DNA of 38,469 nucleotides from Parachlamydiales bacterium (GTDB taxonomy: Bacteria; Chlamydiota; Chlamydiia; Chlamydiales; Parachlamydiaceae). Each line of letters begins with the position of its first letter. Within the stretch, counting starts at the first letter, position 1. The DNA is taken from NCBI GenBank assembly GCA_020051075.1, contig JAGVJP010000058.1, positions 1-38,469 on the forward strand, given 5' to 3'. This document shows positions 1 to 9,523 of this stretch, piece by piece. A program made the position numbers and the translations under genes. The notes beneath the pieces were generated by a model. It ran no database searches. It saw only the letters and a program-made list of their open reading frames with translations, and was not told the origin of the DNA.

Positions 1-262
1 GGACATAGCCATCATGAAAATCTTGGCCATGTGCAGCCCATTGAGCCTCCCAGTTGATTGGAGGCAATTCATGGGGAAGGCAGGTGGTAATAAAGGAGAA
101 GTTGTCTACTTCTGAAGGGTCACTCAGCAAAGTAAAAACGACGGCTTGTCCATCCTCTTCCGAACCGTAGAGGATTTCAATTCCATTTACCTCAAGGGTA
201 TTCCAAGCCTCTTCTAGTGAAATGTCCTGGACGATAGTTAGCTGAAAAAGCGATTTCATCAT
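1..262 (-). CDS. prmA: 5' part of a probable ribosomal protein L11 methyltransferase (runs off the window edge)
   Basis: Not in the ORF track. Manual translation from the ATG at 262 gives MMKSLFQLTIVQDISLEEAWNTLE...LPPINWEAQWAAHGQDFHDGYV, open to base 1. The NWExQW segment resembles the PrmA 'DW..W' linker; the SAM-binding motif lies outside the window. Confidence 0.55.
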   Translation of the reverse strand, partial: MMKSLFQLTIVQDISLEEAWNTLEVNGIEILYGSEEDGQAVVFTLLSDPSEVDNFSFITTCLPHELPPINWEAQWAAHGQDFHDGYV

Positions 263-393
263 CAGACACTCGGATTCTGCTGCATTTTACCCATAAGTTC
301 TGCGACAAGGTTGATTTGGACAGAACTTTGAATCATACCGCTCCGTTGAGCTCTCATAATGTTCCCGATCAAAATTTTCGATCCTTTTTTCAT
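262..393 (-). CDS. Putative 43-aa small protein
   Basis: MKKGSKILIGNIMRAQRSGMIQSSVQINLVAELMGKMQQNPSV*. GAGG lies 3 nt before the ATG, and the TGA stop overlaps the downstream ATG (TGATG). Confidence 0.35.
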   Translation of the reverse strand: MKKGSKILIGNIMRAQRSGMIQSSVQINLVAELMGKMQQNPSV

Positions 394-466
394 CGGCCTC
401 GGTCTTTAAAACGATAATAGCATGCTTTAAGGAGAAACGCCCCCATTAAAACAAGGGCAGCGATTG

Positions 467-1879
467 CTATAGTGGACTCTTTTTAGGTCCCTTAGGTCCT
501 TGTTGTCTCTTATCCCTTTCTTTAGGTCCCCTGTCTCTTATAGGCCCTTTAAATGCCAGTTTGATCATCAAACACTTTTCTCCGGCTCTGAGGAAGTGGT
601 TCCCTTGACCTGAGAGAAATTCATGGCAGATCTCTCCATCCTTCTTAACGAGAGGAAAACGTGGATATAAAAATGAAGGAACTTTTGCTTGGTTCCATTC
701 CTTTTTCACTTTTACTAAATTCAAAGCCGGACTAAGCTGCCCCACTTCAAGTTGATAGTTCCCATGTGGCAAGAAACAGACTAAACGGCCGGTCCACCCT
801 TCTCGCCAAGTTCCTATTTGCTTTGTTTCGGAAACATCAACTTCAACGGTTTCAACATTCCAGCTGCCGAGTTGTTGAGATCCTTCTTTCAACGCAATAG
901 AACAGCTCTCTTCATCGGAAAATTCTTCTAGAAGAAATAAGCTCTTGCGATCAATCGCAATCATCCGATTCCCTAACATAAATTTCTGCAAAGGCTTCCC
1001 TTCTTGAAGAGCTATCGCAGCAGTGGTGAAAGATTGACGTGACAAGTAAAACCCATGCTGTTTACAAAACAGCCGCAACAAATATTTTATTTCAACCAAC
1101 ACTGTCGGCAAGGAGTTGCGTAAATCTAAATAGATCCCCCAAGGTCCGACGACTTGTTTATCGAGAACACCTTTCAGACGTTCATGAAAAAACGTCGACA
1201 GCTCTTCTGATTCATTGGCGAGTTCAATGAGGTTATTTTGGACCTCTTTTCCAAACATCTCATTCAGCCAGGGAAAAATCGTTTGCCTCATCCGCGCCCG
1301 AAGGTGTCGACAATCTTGGTTGGTTTTATCAATGAACGGACTGAATGGGAATGCACACACCATTTTCTCTATTTCGCTTTTCGAGAAATTCATTAACGGG
1401 CGGAGCACCTGCACCCCATAAAGGAGGCTTTTGGCTTTAAGGGTGGACCATGACGACCAATGAGCCCCTTCAAAAAGTTGCTTTAATATTGTCTCTGCCC
1501 TGTCATCGCGATGATGTCCAGTCACAACACATTGACAGTGATGTTGTGTAGATAATGCAGCAAAAAACGCATAGCGTTCCTCCCTGCAAGCAGATTCAAG
1601 ATTTCCCTTGAGGGTCGTTGGATCAAGCGTCTTTAAGAAAAAAGAAACTTCATGAGAGTCTGCGAGCTGCCTCAACGCCTCGGCTTCGAGGCGGCTCTCC
1701 TCCCGCCACCCATGGTCGACATGAGCGACATAAAATGGCACGTTGGACCGCTCCCGAAAGCGGAGGAGGTAGAAAAAAAGAAAAAGCGAGTCTGGCCCAC
1801 CTGATAACGCTAACAATAGCGGTTCAGAAGACGAACAGTACTGGTCAAAAAACCGATCTATGTCTTTGATGTTTACCAT
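467..1879 (-). CDS. tilS: tRNA(Ile)-lysidine synthetase
   Basis: PP-loop SGGPDS, HVDHGWR, LESACREERY, GHHRDDRAET and RPL motifs. Start moved to the ATG at 1879, just after the upstream gene's stop. Confidence 0.95.
   Translation of the reverse strand: MVNIKDIDRFFDQYCSSSEPLLLALSGGPDSLFLFFYLLRFRERSNVPFYVAHVDHGWREESRLEAEALRQLADSHEVSFFLKTLDPTTLKGNLESACREERYAFFAALSTQHHCQCVVTGHHRDDRAETILKQLFEGAHWSSWSTLKAKSLLYGVQVLRPLMNFSKSEIEKMVCAFPFSPFIDKTNQDCRHLRARMRQTIFPWLNEMFGKEVQNNLIELANESEELSTFFHERLKGVLDKQVVGPWGIYLDLRNSLPTVLVEIKYLLRLFCKQHGFYLSRQSFTTAAIALQEGKPLQKFMLGNRMIAIDRKSLFLLEEFSDEESCSIALKEGSQQLGSWNVETVEVDVSETKQIGTWREGWTGRLVCFLPHGNYQLEVGQLSPALNLVKVKKEWNQAKVPSFLYPRFPLVKKDGEICHEFLSGQGNHFLRAGEKCLMIKLAFKGPIRDRGPKERDKRQQGPKGPKKSPL
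482..553. repeat. Degenerate 9-bp tandem repeat (TTAGGTCCC-like) encoding the TilS tail KGPIRDRGPKERDKRQQGPKGPKK
   Basis: Units ttaggtccc (483), ttaggtcct (492), tgttgtctc (501), tttaggtccc (521) and taggccctt (541). Confidence 0.75.
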
Positions 1880-1881
1880 AA

Positions 1882-2244
1882 TCAGCGGTTCAAAAGATAA
1901 AATGTATAGGAAATAATGAGCAAGAAAACAATCAACCACAAGATAAATTGATAGGGATCTTGTTGCATGATCACAGTCACCTGTTCTGATCCCAATTCCT
2001 CTTTAAGGGGAGCAAGTGTTGGCTTCTCATGCAAAGGTTTCGACTCCGGTTCATCTTCAAAGAGAATGTTTAATTCTGGGACGTGCCGCGCTGGAGTCCA
2101 CTCGCTAAAACCCTTTTTCCAGACAAGCGTATCAGGAGTAATGAATTTTTTAAGCTCAAGCAAACGAAAGGGACCTGCTTGGTTATGATCAAGAATGACA
2201 TACCACTCCCTATCACTGGGTGGTGAGCTCTTCGTGTTACCCAT
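1882..2244 (-). CDS. GYF_2/DUF4339-domain membrane protein
   Basis: WY...QAGPF...L...ITPDTLVWKKGFSEWTPA signature, plus a C-terminal hydrophobic helix FILWLIVFLLIISYTFYLL. Confidence 0.85.
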   Translation of the reverse strand: MGNTKSSPPSDREWYVILDHNQAGPFRLLELKKFITPDTLVWKKGFSEWTPARHVPELNILFEDEPESKPLHEKPTLAPLKEELGSEQVTVIMQQDPYQFILWLIVFLLIISYTFYLLNR

Positions 2245-2381
2245 AACTCTCCTTCACACTATGAATAGTTATAATAAATCTTGATATTGCATCATTATAA
2301 CAGTTTCTGTCATTATTTCTTCTAAAAGTATTCGTTTACCTGTAAAATTATTTAATCTTAACCTGAGTTTTGGTAACTTTC

Positions 2382-3530
2382 ATGCCCATCCTATGGCGCT
2401 ACCTCATCTATCATTTCCTTAAAATCGCCTCTCTCACGATTTTGGCTTTTATAGCGATTTTATTGACGATGCGGTTAGATGAAATCGCCCACTTTGCTGC
2501 TTTAGGGGCCCCCTTATCGTATATCGTCATATTTACCCTCTTTCAGATCCCCTACATTCTTCCAATCGCGATTCCATTATCCTGTCTCATCTCTTCGTTT
2601 ATCCTGATTCAACAAATGTCCCGCCTTCATGAATTAATTGCATTGCGAGCAAGCGGACTCTCTCTGCGCGATATCCTCACCCCTCTGCTCATCGCTGCAA
2701 GCTTTCTTTCTATTGCCAATTTATGGATCACTTCCGAGCTAGCCACCTACTCCCATCTTCAATCAAGCCTCCTAAAGAGCGAACTGCGCGCCGTGAACCC
2801 TCTCCTTCTTCTCAATAACAAACACCTCATGAGGTTAAAAGGATTCTACTTTGAAGCTCTTGGTTCGTCTGTTGTGGGAGAATCAGCCTCAGACACCATC
2901 CTAGCCTTTCCAAATAAACACTATGGACGATTAAATCTCATGGTGGCCCGTGATCTGAAAGCAACTCCTACACTGTTTGATGGACAGCATGTCACTCTCT
3001 TAACAAGCACTCCAACAATTTCTAACGATGGCTTCGACCACTTATTGATAGAAAATATGCAAAGTTCTGTCACCCTTGTTGAAGACTTCTCCGATCTACT
3101 GCAGAAAAAGGTATGGACAATCAATAACGATTATCTACAGATGCCATTGCTGCTAGCCCGAATCAAAGATCAGCAGGTGCAGCTGACAAAAGCGATTGAA
3201 AATAGAGAGAATAAAACCCAAATTAAAGTTTTGCTGACAGACCTAAACCGAAGCTATAGCGAGGTGACGAAGCGGATTTCCATTGCTCTTGCTGTGTTCA
3301 GCTTCACTTTAATGGGATCGGCTTTTGGGATCAGTATCAGCCGTCAAAAAAACTATACTCCTCTGTATCTTGCCATCGGACTTTCGACAGCCTATCTCAT
3401 CGCCTTTTTTATCGCTAAAGGGGTCGAACATCAACGCGTGCTAGCAGACCTTCTTTATCTTTTACCTCATGCTGCCATCGTTGCCACATCGATAGTCGTA
3501 TTAAACAGAATCAGCAGAGGGATCGAATAA
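2382..3530 (+). CDS. lptF: LptF/LptG (YjgP/YjgQ) family LPS export permease
   Basis: ILWRYL N-terminus, multiple TM helices, IPYILPIAIP and ELIALRASGLS motifs; paired with the next gene. Confidence 0.85.
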   Translation: MPILWRYLIYHFLKIASLTILAFIAILLTMRLDEIAHFAALGAPLSYIVIFTLFQIPYILPIAIPLSCLISSFILIQQMSRLHELIALRASGLSLRDILTPLLIAASFLSIANLWITSELATYSHLQSSLLKSELRAVNPLLLLNNKHLMRLKGFYFEALGSSVVGESASDTILAFPNKHYGRLNLMVARDLKATPTLFDGQHVTLLTSTPTISNDGFDHLLIENMQSSVTLVEDFSDLLQKKVWTINNDYLQMPLLLARIKDQQVQLTKAIENRENKTQIKVLLTDLNRSYSEVTKRISIALAVFSFTLMGSAFGISISRQKNYTPLYLAIGLSTAYLIAFFIAKGVEHQRVLADLLYLLPHAAIVATSIVVLNRISRGIE

Positions 3531-4609
3531 TGTTCTGTAAAATTTGGGAACGCTATTTTCTAGGACAATTTATCCGAGTTTTTCTCTTATTCCTATGCTG
3601 TTTTTATGGCTTATATGTGATTATCGATTTTGCAAGCCATACAAGCATCTCCTATTACCGCCAAGGGCAGCTTCATTTACAAGATATCGTCCTCTATTAC
3701 CTCTATGTATTTGCTAGCAGGGCAGAAATATTGCTCCCTATCGCTCTGCTGATTGCGTTCGTGAAAACAGTCTGCACATTAAACACTCAAAATGAACTGA
3801 TCGCTCTCATGGCAAGTGGAATTAAAGTTAAAACGTTGATGCGCCCGTTTCTTATTGTCAGCCTCTTCTGCACTCTCCTCTTATACGCTAACGAACAGTT
3901 CCTCCTCCCTGAGGCGTTAAAAAAATTGCGACGGCTAGAAGATTCAACAAAACATCAAAGAAGCAGGAATCATCCAACCGTTGCTGTCTATCATCTCGTT
4001 TTGGAAGATCGCTCAACCCTTCTATATCAGAATTACGATAAGGTAAACGAACGTTTCTTCGACGTCTTTTGGATCCCTTCTATCGATAACATCTACCGAA
4101 TGAAATATTTATCCCACAATCAAGATATCCCTCTCGGAAGTTTTGTCGACCATTTTACCCGGAGTCAATCAGGAGAACTTCTTCAAGAAGCATCCTACCT
4201 TCAACGCACTTTCCCCGAAATTCAACTCAACGATGAGCTCCTTCATTCCGCGATATTCGATCCTGATATTTTATCTTTCAGCGGACTCACTGAACAAATT
4301 AAAAGTTTCTCACTTATTCAAAATGAAAAAGAGAGCAAGGTGCTCACTGCATTTTACTGGAAGCTAGCGATTCCCTGGCTTTGTTTCATCACCATCATCG
4401 GTGCCGCGCCTTATTGTGTCCACTTTTCCAGACAGCTTCCTGTTTTTTTGATCTATGCCTGTACATTATTTAGTTTAATCGCTTTTTACATGTTTATCGA
4501 CGCTGCTTTAGTTGTATCGAAAAGACAAGTAATCCCCCCTTTCATAGCGATTATCTGTCCTTTTCTTACAGTTTTTGGTTTCTTTCAATGGCGCTTTGCA
4601 AAATTGTGA
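3530..4609 (+). CDS. lptG: LptF/LptG family LPS export permease
   Basis: IWERYF and NELIALMASGI motifs, TM helices, TAATG overlap with the upstream paralog. Confidence 0.85.
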   Translation: MFCKIWERYFLGQFIRVFLLFLCCFYGLYVIIDFASHTSISYYRQGQLHLQDIVLYYLYVFASRAEILLPIALLIAFVKTVCTLNTQNELIALMASGIKVKTLMRPFLIVSLFCTLLLYANEQFLLPEALKKLRRLEDSTKHQRSRNHPTVAVYHLVLEDRSTLLYQNYDKVNERFFDVFWIPSIDNIYRMKYLSHNQDIPLGSFVDHFTRSQSGELLQEASYLQRTFPEIQLNDELLHSAIFDPDILSFSGLTEQIKSFSLIQNEKESKVLTAFYWKLAIPWLCFITIIGAAPYCVHFSRQLPVFLIYACTLFSLIAFYMFIDAALVVSKRQVIPPFIAIICPFLTVFGFFQWRFAKL

Positions 4610-4650
4610 CGACCTGATATATATACCGACAAATTCCCAAAAAGGATGTT

Positions 4651-6162
4651 ATGAACCCGTCTGAAATACATTACCAGAAAATCCACGAACTCTCAAAGCA
4701 TAGACGTATTTTGGAAGGGGTTGTCTCATTACTAAATTGGGACCAAGAAACATACATGCCACCTGAAGGTGCAGGAATTAGAGCAGAACAACTCGGAGTG
4801 ATGGCAGGGATCATCCACCGAGAAAAAACAGGCCCCAAATTTGCCAAAGCTCTGAGCAAACTCATTGATCTTCCAAGCGGAAAACTCCTCTCGAAAAGGC
4901 TGTCACAGCAACAAAACGCAGCATTAAGAGAATGGCATCGAGATTACGTCCACGACACGGCCCTTCCGACAAAATTCGTCGAAGAATACACTAAAATTAC
5001 TTCTCAGGCCTTAATGGTATGGCGAACAGCAAAATCTGATGATGCATTTCATCAATTCCTTCCCTTCCTAGACCGCATCGTGATTCTAAATAGGAGAAAG
5101 GCCGAATACTTGAAATACAAAGATCATCCTTATGATGCCCTTTTAGATGAATATGAACCCGAAATGAAGACAAAAGACGTTGAACAGCTATTTACAAAAC
5201 TAAGAAACACTCTCATCCCGCTGATTAAAAAAGCAGCAAAACGAAAAATCAATGATGATTTCTTATTCGGCAAATGGAGCGATAGTAAACAGATCGCTTT
5301 TAGTTTTAAGATATTAGATGCAATGGGATATGACAAAAATAAAGGAAGGATCGACTTTTCTTCCCATCCCTTCTCCTCGTCCTGCCACCCCAATGACAGT
5401 CGCGTCACAACTCGAATTCATGAAGATTCTCTCATGAGCAATATCTTTGTCATCCTCCATGAAGGGGGTCATTCACTCTACGAGATGGGCCTTCCCATTG
5501 ATCAATATGGAACTCCTCTTGGGGAAGCCCGCTCTTTAGGGATACATGAAAGCCAATCCCGTTGGTGGGAAACTTATATCGGAATGAGCAAACCTTTTTG
5601 GCAATACTTCTTGCCACAGCTTCAATCCCTATTCAAAGGAAAGCTCAGCGACATTTCCCTCGAGCAGTTCTATAGAGCTATCAACATCGTGGAACCAAGT
5701 TTGGTTCGGGTTGAAGCAGACGAACTGACCTATCCCATGCATATTATCCTCAGATTCGAACTAGAAAAAGCACTGATCGAAGGGTCTTTATCAGTCCGGG
5801 ATCTCCCCGAAGTATGGAATGAAAAGATGAGCAAGTATCTTGGGATAACACCTAAGACAAATCGTGAAGGGTGCCTACAAGACATTCATTGGGCTATGGG
5901 AGCGTTCGGCTACTTCCCAACCTATACATTAGGAAACCTTTATGCTGCACATCTCTTTGAAGCATTTGCCCACCAACATCCAGATTGGAAACATAGGGTT
6001 GCTGCAGGAGAATTATCGTTCATCAGAGAATGGCTTCATGATAAAATCTATCAATATGGGCGCCGCTATTCGACTAAAGAACTCCTCAAGAAAGCCACAG
6101 GAACTCCTTTCACAGCAGATGCTTATTTGAGCTATCTGCAGGATAAATATACCTCTCTATAA
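4651..6162 (+). CDS. Peptidase M32 (carboxypeptidase Taq family)
   Basis: WDQETYMP, HPF, HEGGH (HEXXH), HESQSR, RVEADELTY, GCLQDIHW and GYFPTYTLG motifs. Confidence 0.95.
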   Translation: MNPSEIHYQKIHELSKHRRILEGVVSLLNWDQETYMPPEGAGIRAEQLGVMAGIIHREKTGPKFAKALSKLIDLPSGKLLSKRLSQQQNAALREWHRDYVHDTALPTKFVEEYTKITSQALMVWRTAKSDDAFHQFLPFLDRIVILNRRKAEYLKYKDHPYDALLDEYEPEMKTKDVEQLFTKLRNTLIPLIKKAAKRKINDDFLFGKWSDSKQIAFSFKILDAMGYDKNKGRIDFSSHPFSSSCHPNDSRVTTRIHEDSLMSNIFVILHEGGHSLYEMGLPIDQYGTPLGEARSLGIHESQSRWWETYIGMSKPFWQYFLPQLQSLFKGKLSDISLEQFYRAINIVEPSLVRVEADELTYPMHIILRFELEKALIEGSLSVRDLPEVWNEKMSKYLGITPKTNREGCLQDIHWAMGAFGYFPTYTLGNLYAAHLFEAFAHQHPDWKHRVAAGELSFIREWLHDKIYQYGRRYSTKELLKKATGTPFTADAYLSYLQDKYTSL

Positions 6163-6165
6163 CGT

Positions 6166-8376
6166 TTATTTTGTATGCACAACCCCTTTCAGAATTGATT
6201 TATCATAAAGTTTGCTGAAACCTTCCACAACCATGTGAGCAAATGACTCAGCCCCTTGTTCAATCCAAGCATTTTCTATTGATTTAACAACATTCAATAG
6301 GCGATGAAACCGGTCGGGAAGCATACTCCGTTCCCTAATCAGTAGAGAAGGGACATAAATCATAAAATTGAGGAAGTTCCACTCTCGCTGATTCCATTCT
6401 TCATTTGCAATCAGTTTGAGCAACAAGAAAAGTTCGGTACTATAAGCCTCGCCGACATCTACTCCATCTTTGCAAGTTAAGCTGACTGTGTCTGGAGATA
6501 GCCACTCAATCAATTTCAGTTGCAAGAACAAATAAAAGATCTCGATGAAATCTATTCTCCTCTCTCTTGATAGAACGTTCTTATTTGAAAAGAAGATCTG
6601 GTGGATCGCTTTAAAAGCCCCATCTATAAAATGAGCCAGCTTATTCCGATCAATCGAAGGAGGGAAATAATATCCAGCGCTCTCATCTAATAGAAGTTCC
6701 TTAAATTGGCCTAAGAAAGTTTCCGCGCTGTTCACTTGGCGATAAGGTCCTAACTGGTGATAGAACTCTGTGTCAGTTGCTAAGGTAACCACATTAATTG
6801 CATTTTCCAACCCTGGTTCGCTTTGCAGCTGCTCTAGAGCTAAACAACGAGCATATTCCCTCCAAGAAGTTCGATCCTGAAGGTTGATCAAGAGATGCTT
6901 CCGAGGGCTGGGAGATTCAACATAATGGCGAAGAAATCCTCGAAATTCAGGACTGATTTCAGCCTTATTAATAAATTCTTGGCAAATGGGAGCGCCTATT
7001 CTAATCACTCCAACTCTTCGTTCTTCAAAAACGATGTTAAACAAAAAGTTTGGCATATTGTGTTGGAGCAAGGTGTCGAGGACATGGAATGAATCTTCTT
7101 CCAGAATTTCTAATACTTTAAATAAAGGTCCATTCGGACGATGTTTAAAGATAGTAGCCATAGAAGCGTGGTCAGCTGCTAAACGGCTGCTGAATTGTTT
7201 ATCGGGATTGATTTCATCATGCTTTTCTCTTGAAAGCCTATTTTTCCCTTCTTCTAATAACACTTCAACGACGGGGATCATTTCATCCACACCCAAGAAA
7301 TTGATAAAAACAGCCTTACACAGTGTATGGATCAAATCAAGCAATTCATGAGCAAACAGGTTATCTTGCTTAGGAGGGTGAGTCATCCATTTTTTATAGA
7401 TGTTTGTTTGAAGTGCCTTTCTGAGAAAACTCTGAAAATCTTCGAAATACTCCCGACAACTCTTCACTGCCTCGTACTGCATTAAATTCTGTGGGTTGGC
7501 GCTGAGCATCAAAGCAAAAAGCGCCTGGTTGACAACCGAAACCAATTCATGGTCTTTCACGTGTCTAATTTCACGAAAAAAATGACCGAGGCGCGAACCT
7601 AATGATTTAATCAGCTCCTTTGCACAGAGATGAAACATCTTATCCCGCCATTCTTTAATCCGTTCTAGAGGATTCGATTCACGCCTCTCTCCAAAATAGC
7701 CGCTGAAATCACAGACAAGTTTAATATTTCTTAGAAGGCGGGGGCTGAAAAAACGACTGCCATCTTCTTTCCGAATGAAAAAGAGCTCGTATTCAGTGTC
7801 TTGCTTGACGGTTTCAAAATCAACGAAAGCACGTTTTGGTTCGAGAGGTTGAACAACAGCCACCGAAGTCAGTTTAATTTTTTTAGATGGTGGTGCTTCT
7901 TCTCTTTTTAAAGCAATGTCATGAACCCATTTACCAATTGCACCTTCTTCAATTTTACGAGCCACTTTTTTGCGATAGAACTCTTGGAGTTCCTGATATT
8001 CATTAAATTCGGTGACTCGTTGAGTTTGGTGGAAATAATGTGTATATTTATCTAGTTTTTTGCCAGCTTCTCCAACTAATACCATGATGGACTTAATCGC
8101 CTCTAAAGTCTTTGGGTCAGTCACTTGGTTATATTCAATTTTATAGAATTGCTTGAGATAGTGTAAAATCACTCGAAACGTTTCGCGAACTAGGTTTACT
8201 GTGGAAGAGGTTTCATTTTTGTGGAGCCAATGAATCGTCTTATAGGATATTTTTTCATTTCCTAATACCATTTCATGCTTCCGTGCGATCCCAATATCTC
8301 CATCAAATTCTAGATCTGCGATACAAGAGAGTGTTTCAACCACTTCTACGAGAGATAAATTAGATTGGGTAGCCAT
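6166..8376 (-). CDS. Chlamydia-type conserved hypothetical protein (CT837-like by position), with a degenerate CX5R-phosphatase-like C-terminal region
   Basis: 736-aa ORF with a G-rich RBS. Contains HLLINLQDRTSW and TCKDGVDVG. Lies near lptF/G-tilS, as recalled for Chlamydia. Confidence 0.7.
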   Translation of the reverse strand: MATQSNLSLVEVVETLSCIADLEFDGDIGIARKHEMVLGNEKISYKTIHWLHKNETSSTVNLVRETFRVILHYLKQFYKIEYNQVTDPKTLEAIKSIMVLVGEAGKKLDKYTHYFHQTQRVTEFNEYQELQEFYRKKVARKIEEGAIGKWVHDIALKREEAPPSKKIKLTSVAVVQPLEPKRAFVDFETVKQDTEYELFFIRKEDGSRFFSPRLLRNIKLVCDFSGYFGERRESNPLERIKEWRDKMFHLCAKELIKSLGSRLGHFFREIRHVKDHELVSVVNQALFALMLSANPQNLMQYEAVKSCREYFEDFQSFLRKALQTNIYKKWMTHPPKQDNLFAHELLDLIHTLCKAVFINFLGVDEMIPVVEVLLEEGKNRLSREKHDEINPDKQFSSRLAADHASMATIFKHRPNGPLFKVLEILEEDSFHVLDTLLQHNMPNFLFNIVFEERRVGVIRIGAPICQEFINKAEISPEFRGFLRHYVESPSPRKHLLINLQDRTSWREYARCLALEQLQSEPGLENAINVVTLATDTEFYHQLGPYRQVNSAETFLGQFKELLLDESAGYYFPPSIDRNKLAHFIDGAFKAIHQIFFSNKNVLSRERRIDFIEIFYLFLQLKLIEWLSPDTVSLTCKDGVDVGEAYSTELFLLLKLIANEEWNQREWNFLNFMIYVPSLLIRERSMLPDRFHRLLNVVKSIENAWIEQGAESFAHMVVEGFSKLYDKSILKGVVHTK

Positions 8377-8550
8377 ATGCCCCCCTTATTTTGAGTAAGT
8401 CCCCAGGGAGTTATGATCGTAAAGAACCTTGAGAACTTGTTTGTTTTTTGATTAATCGACCACCTAATTAAATTATTACAAAACATTCATTTAATTGTCA
8501 TTTTAATTATTAAACATGAAACAAATCAATAAAAAGAATGAGAATGAGTA

Positions 8551-8684
8551 ATATGGACTTTATGGACAAAATCGATGTATTCATACATTTTTTATTGCTG
8601 TTCAATTTAATATTGTTTTTCTGTATTCCATTCCTGTCCATATCGGTCCATACCCGTCTATATTTTGTCCCTTACGTCCCTTTT
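8551..8684. repeat. Degenerate palindromic repeat cluster (TATGGAC x2 / GTCC-N5-7 x5)
   Basis: atatggac (8551) and tatggaca (8561) are complementary to gtccata at 8636 and 8646. Further units gtcta (8656), gtccc (8667) and gtccc (8676). Confidence 0.6.
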
Positions 8685-8728
8685 TGTGGCAGATTTTCCT
8701 GAATTTTTTATTTTTTCTGTAATAACTA

Positions 8729-8758
8729 TTGACCAAATTGTTTCAGATTCGGTATAAG
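8729..8758 (+). promoter_or_regulatory. Sigma66/70-type promoter of the tRNA gene
   Basis: TTGACC-N18-TATAAG, ending 21 nt before the tRNA. Confidence 0.6.
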
Positions 8759-8779
8759 CTTAGCCATTGGTCATCATTT

Positions 8780-8865
8780 GGAAGAGTGGCAGAGTGGCCG
8801 AATGCGTCTGTCTTGAAAACAGAAGTCCCCTCCGGGGACCGTGGGTTCGAATCCTACCTCTTCCG
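8780..8865 (+). tRNA. tRNA-Ser(TGA), CCA not encoded
   Basis: Acceptor stem GGAAGAG/CTCTTCC, anticodon arm TCTGT-CTTGAAA-ACAGA, long variable arm GTCCCC-TCC-GGGGAC, T-loop GGTTCGAATCC, discriminator G. Confidence 0.98.
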
Positions 8866-8896
8866 AACTTTTTATTGACACAACCCTCGTTTTATT

Positions 8897-9523
8897 ATGA
8901 GCTTCATTTCCAATAGCGTAAGATCCATTGTTCAACCCGCAGTTCGCCTCTTAAATCAACCTCCAGTCAAACAAGGGGTTAAAGATCTTGTTGGTGTGCT
9001 GACAGTGATTTTTGGATTAGCTGTCACCTATGATACGTTTCGAAGATTCCATCAAACCGCGACAAACGAAGCCTCAAATGCCCCAATAAACGCAATGAAA
9101 GTTGCCGACAAAGTCATGATTAACTGTGCCAAACTCTCGTTAATCCTTAGTGCGGCAACTTCTCGCCTTGGTGTGATTGCACTCTCAAGGTTAGTCCACA
9201 CAGTTGCATCCAGCGCTCAGCTCGAGCGTCTATTTGGACCCAATACGATTTTCGCTGTAAACCCGTGGCATCCCCGCCATGTCTTTAGCATTGGCGCAGT
9301 GCTTTTAGCGTTTCCTTTCCTTGCACGCTCCATTTATCAAAGGGCAACCAGCTGCTGCTCCCCTGAGGCAAGATCTCAAACTGCAGAGCCAGTAGAAACA
9401 GGGACGTTAACCCGCTGGAAAATCAATACAAATACATTGTTGATCATGTTATTTATCACCACTGTCACCAGCCGACCTGTTTTACATCTGGGTAACCAAT
9501 TAGGACAATTGCTCATAAAATAA
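8897..9523 (+). CDS. Hypothetical multi-TM membrane protein (Inc/effector-like)
   Basis: 208 aa with several hydrophobic segments and a motif-like FGPNTIFAVNPWHPRH. Lies directly after the tRNA. Confidence 0.7.
   Translation: MSFISNSVRSIVQPAVRLLNQPPVKQGVKDLVGVLTVIFGLAVTYDTFRRFHQTATNEASNAPINAMKVADKVMINCAKLSLILSAATSRLGVIALSRLVHTVASSAQLERLFGPNTIFAVNPWHPRHVFSIGAVLLAFPFLARSIYQRATSCCSPEARSQTAEPVETGTLTRWKINTNTLLIMLFITTVTSRPVLHLGNQLGQLLIK

Noticed and set aside
154..165. att-like duplicate of the tRNA-Ser 3' end (CCTCTTCCGAAC)
   Set aside because: A 12-bp match inside a coding region, with core genes between the copies and no integrase; likely chance.
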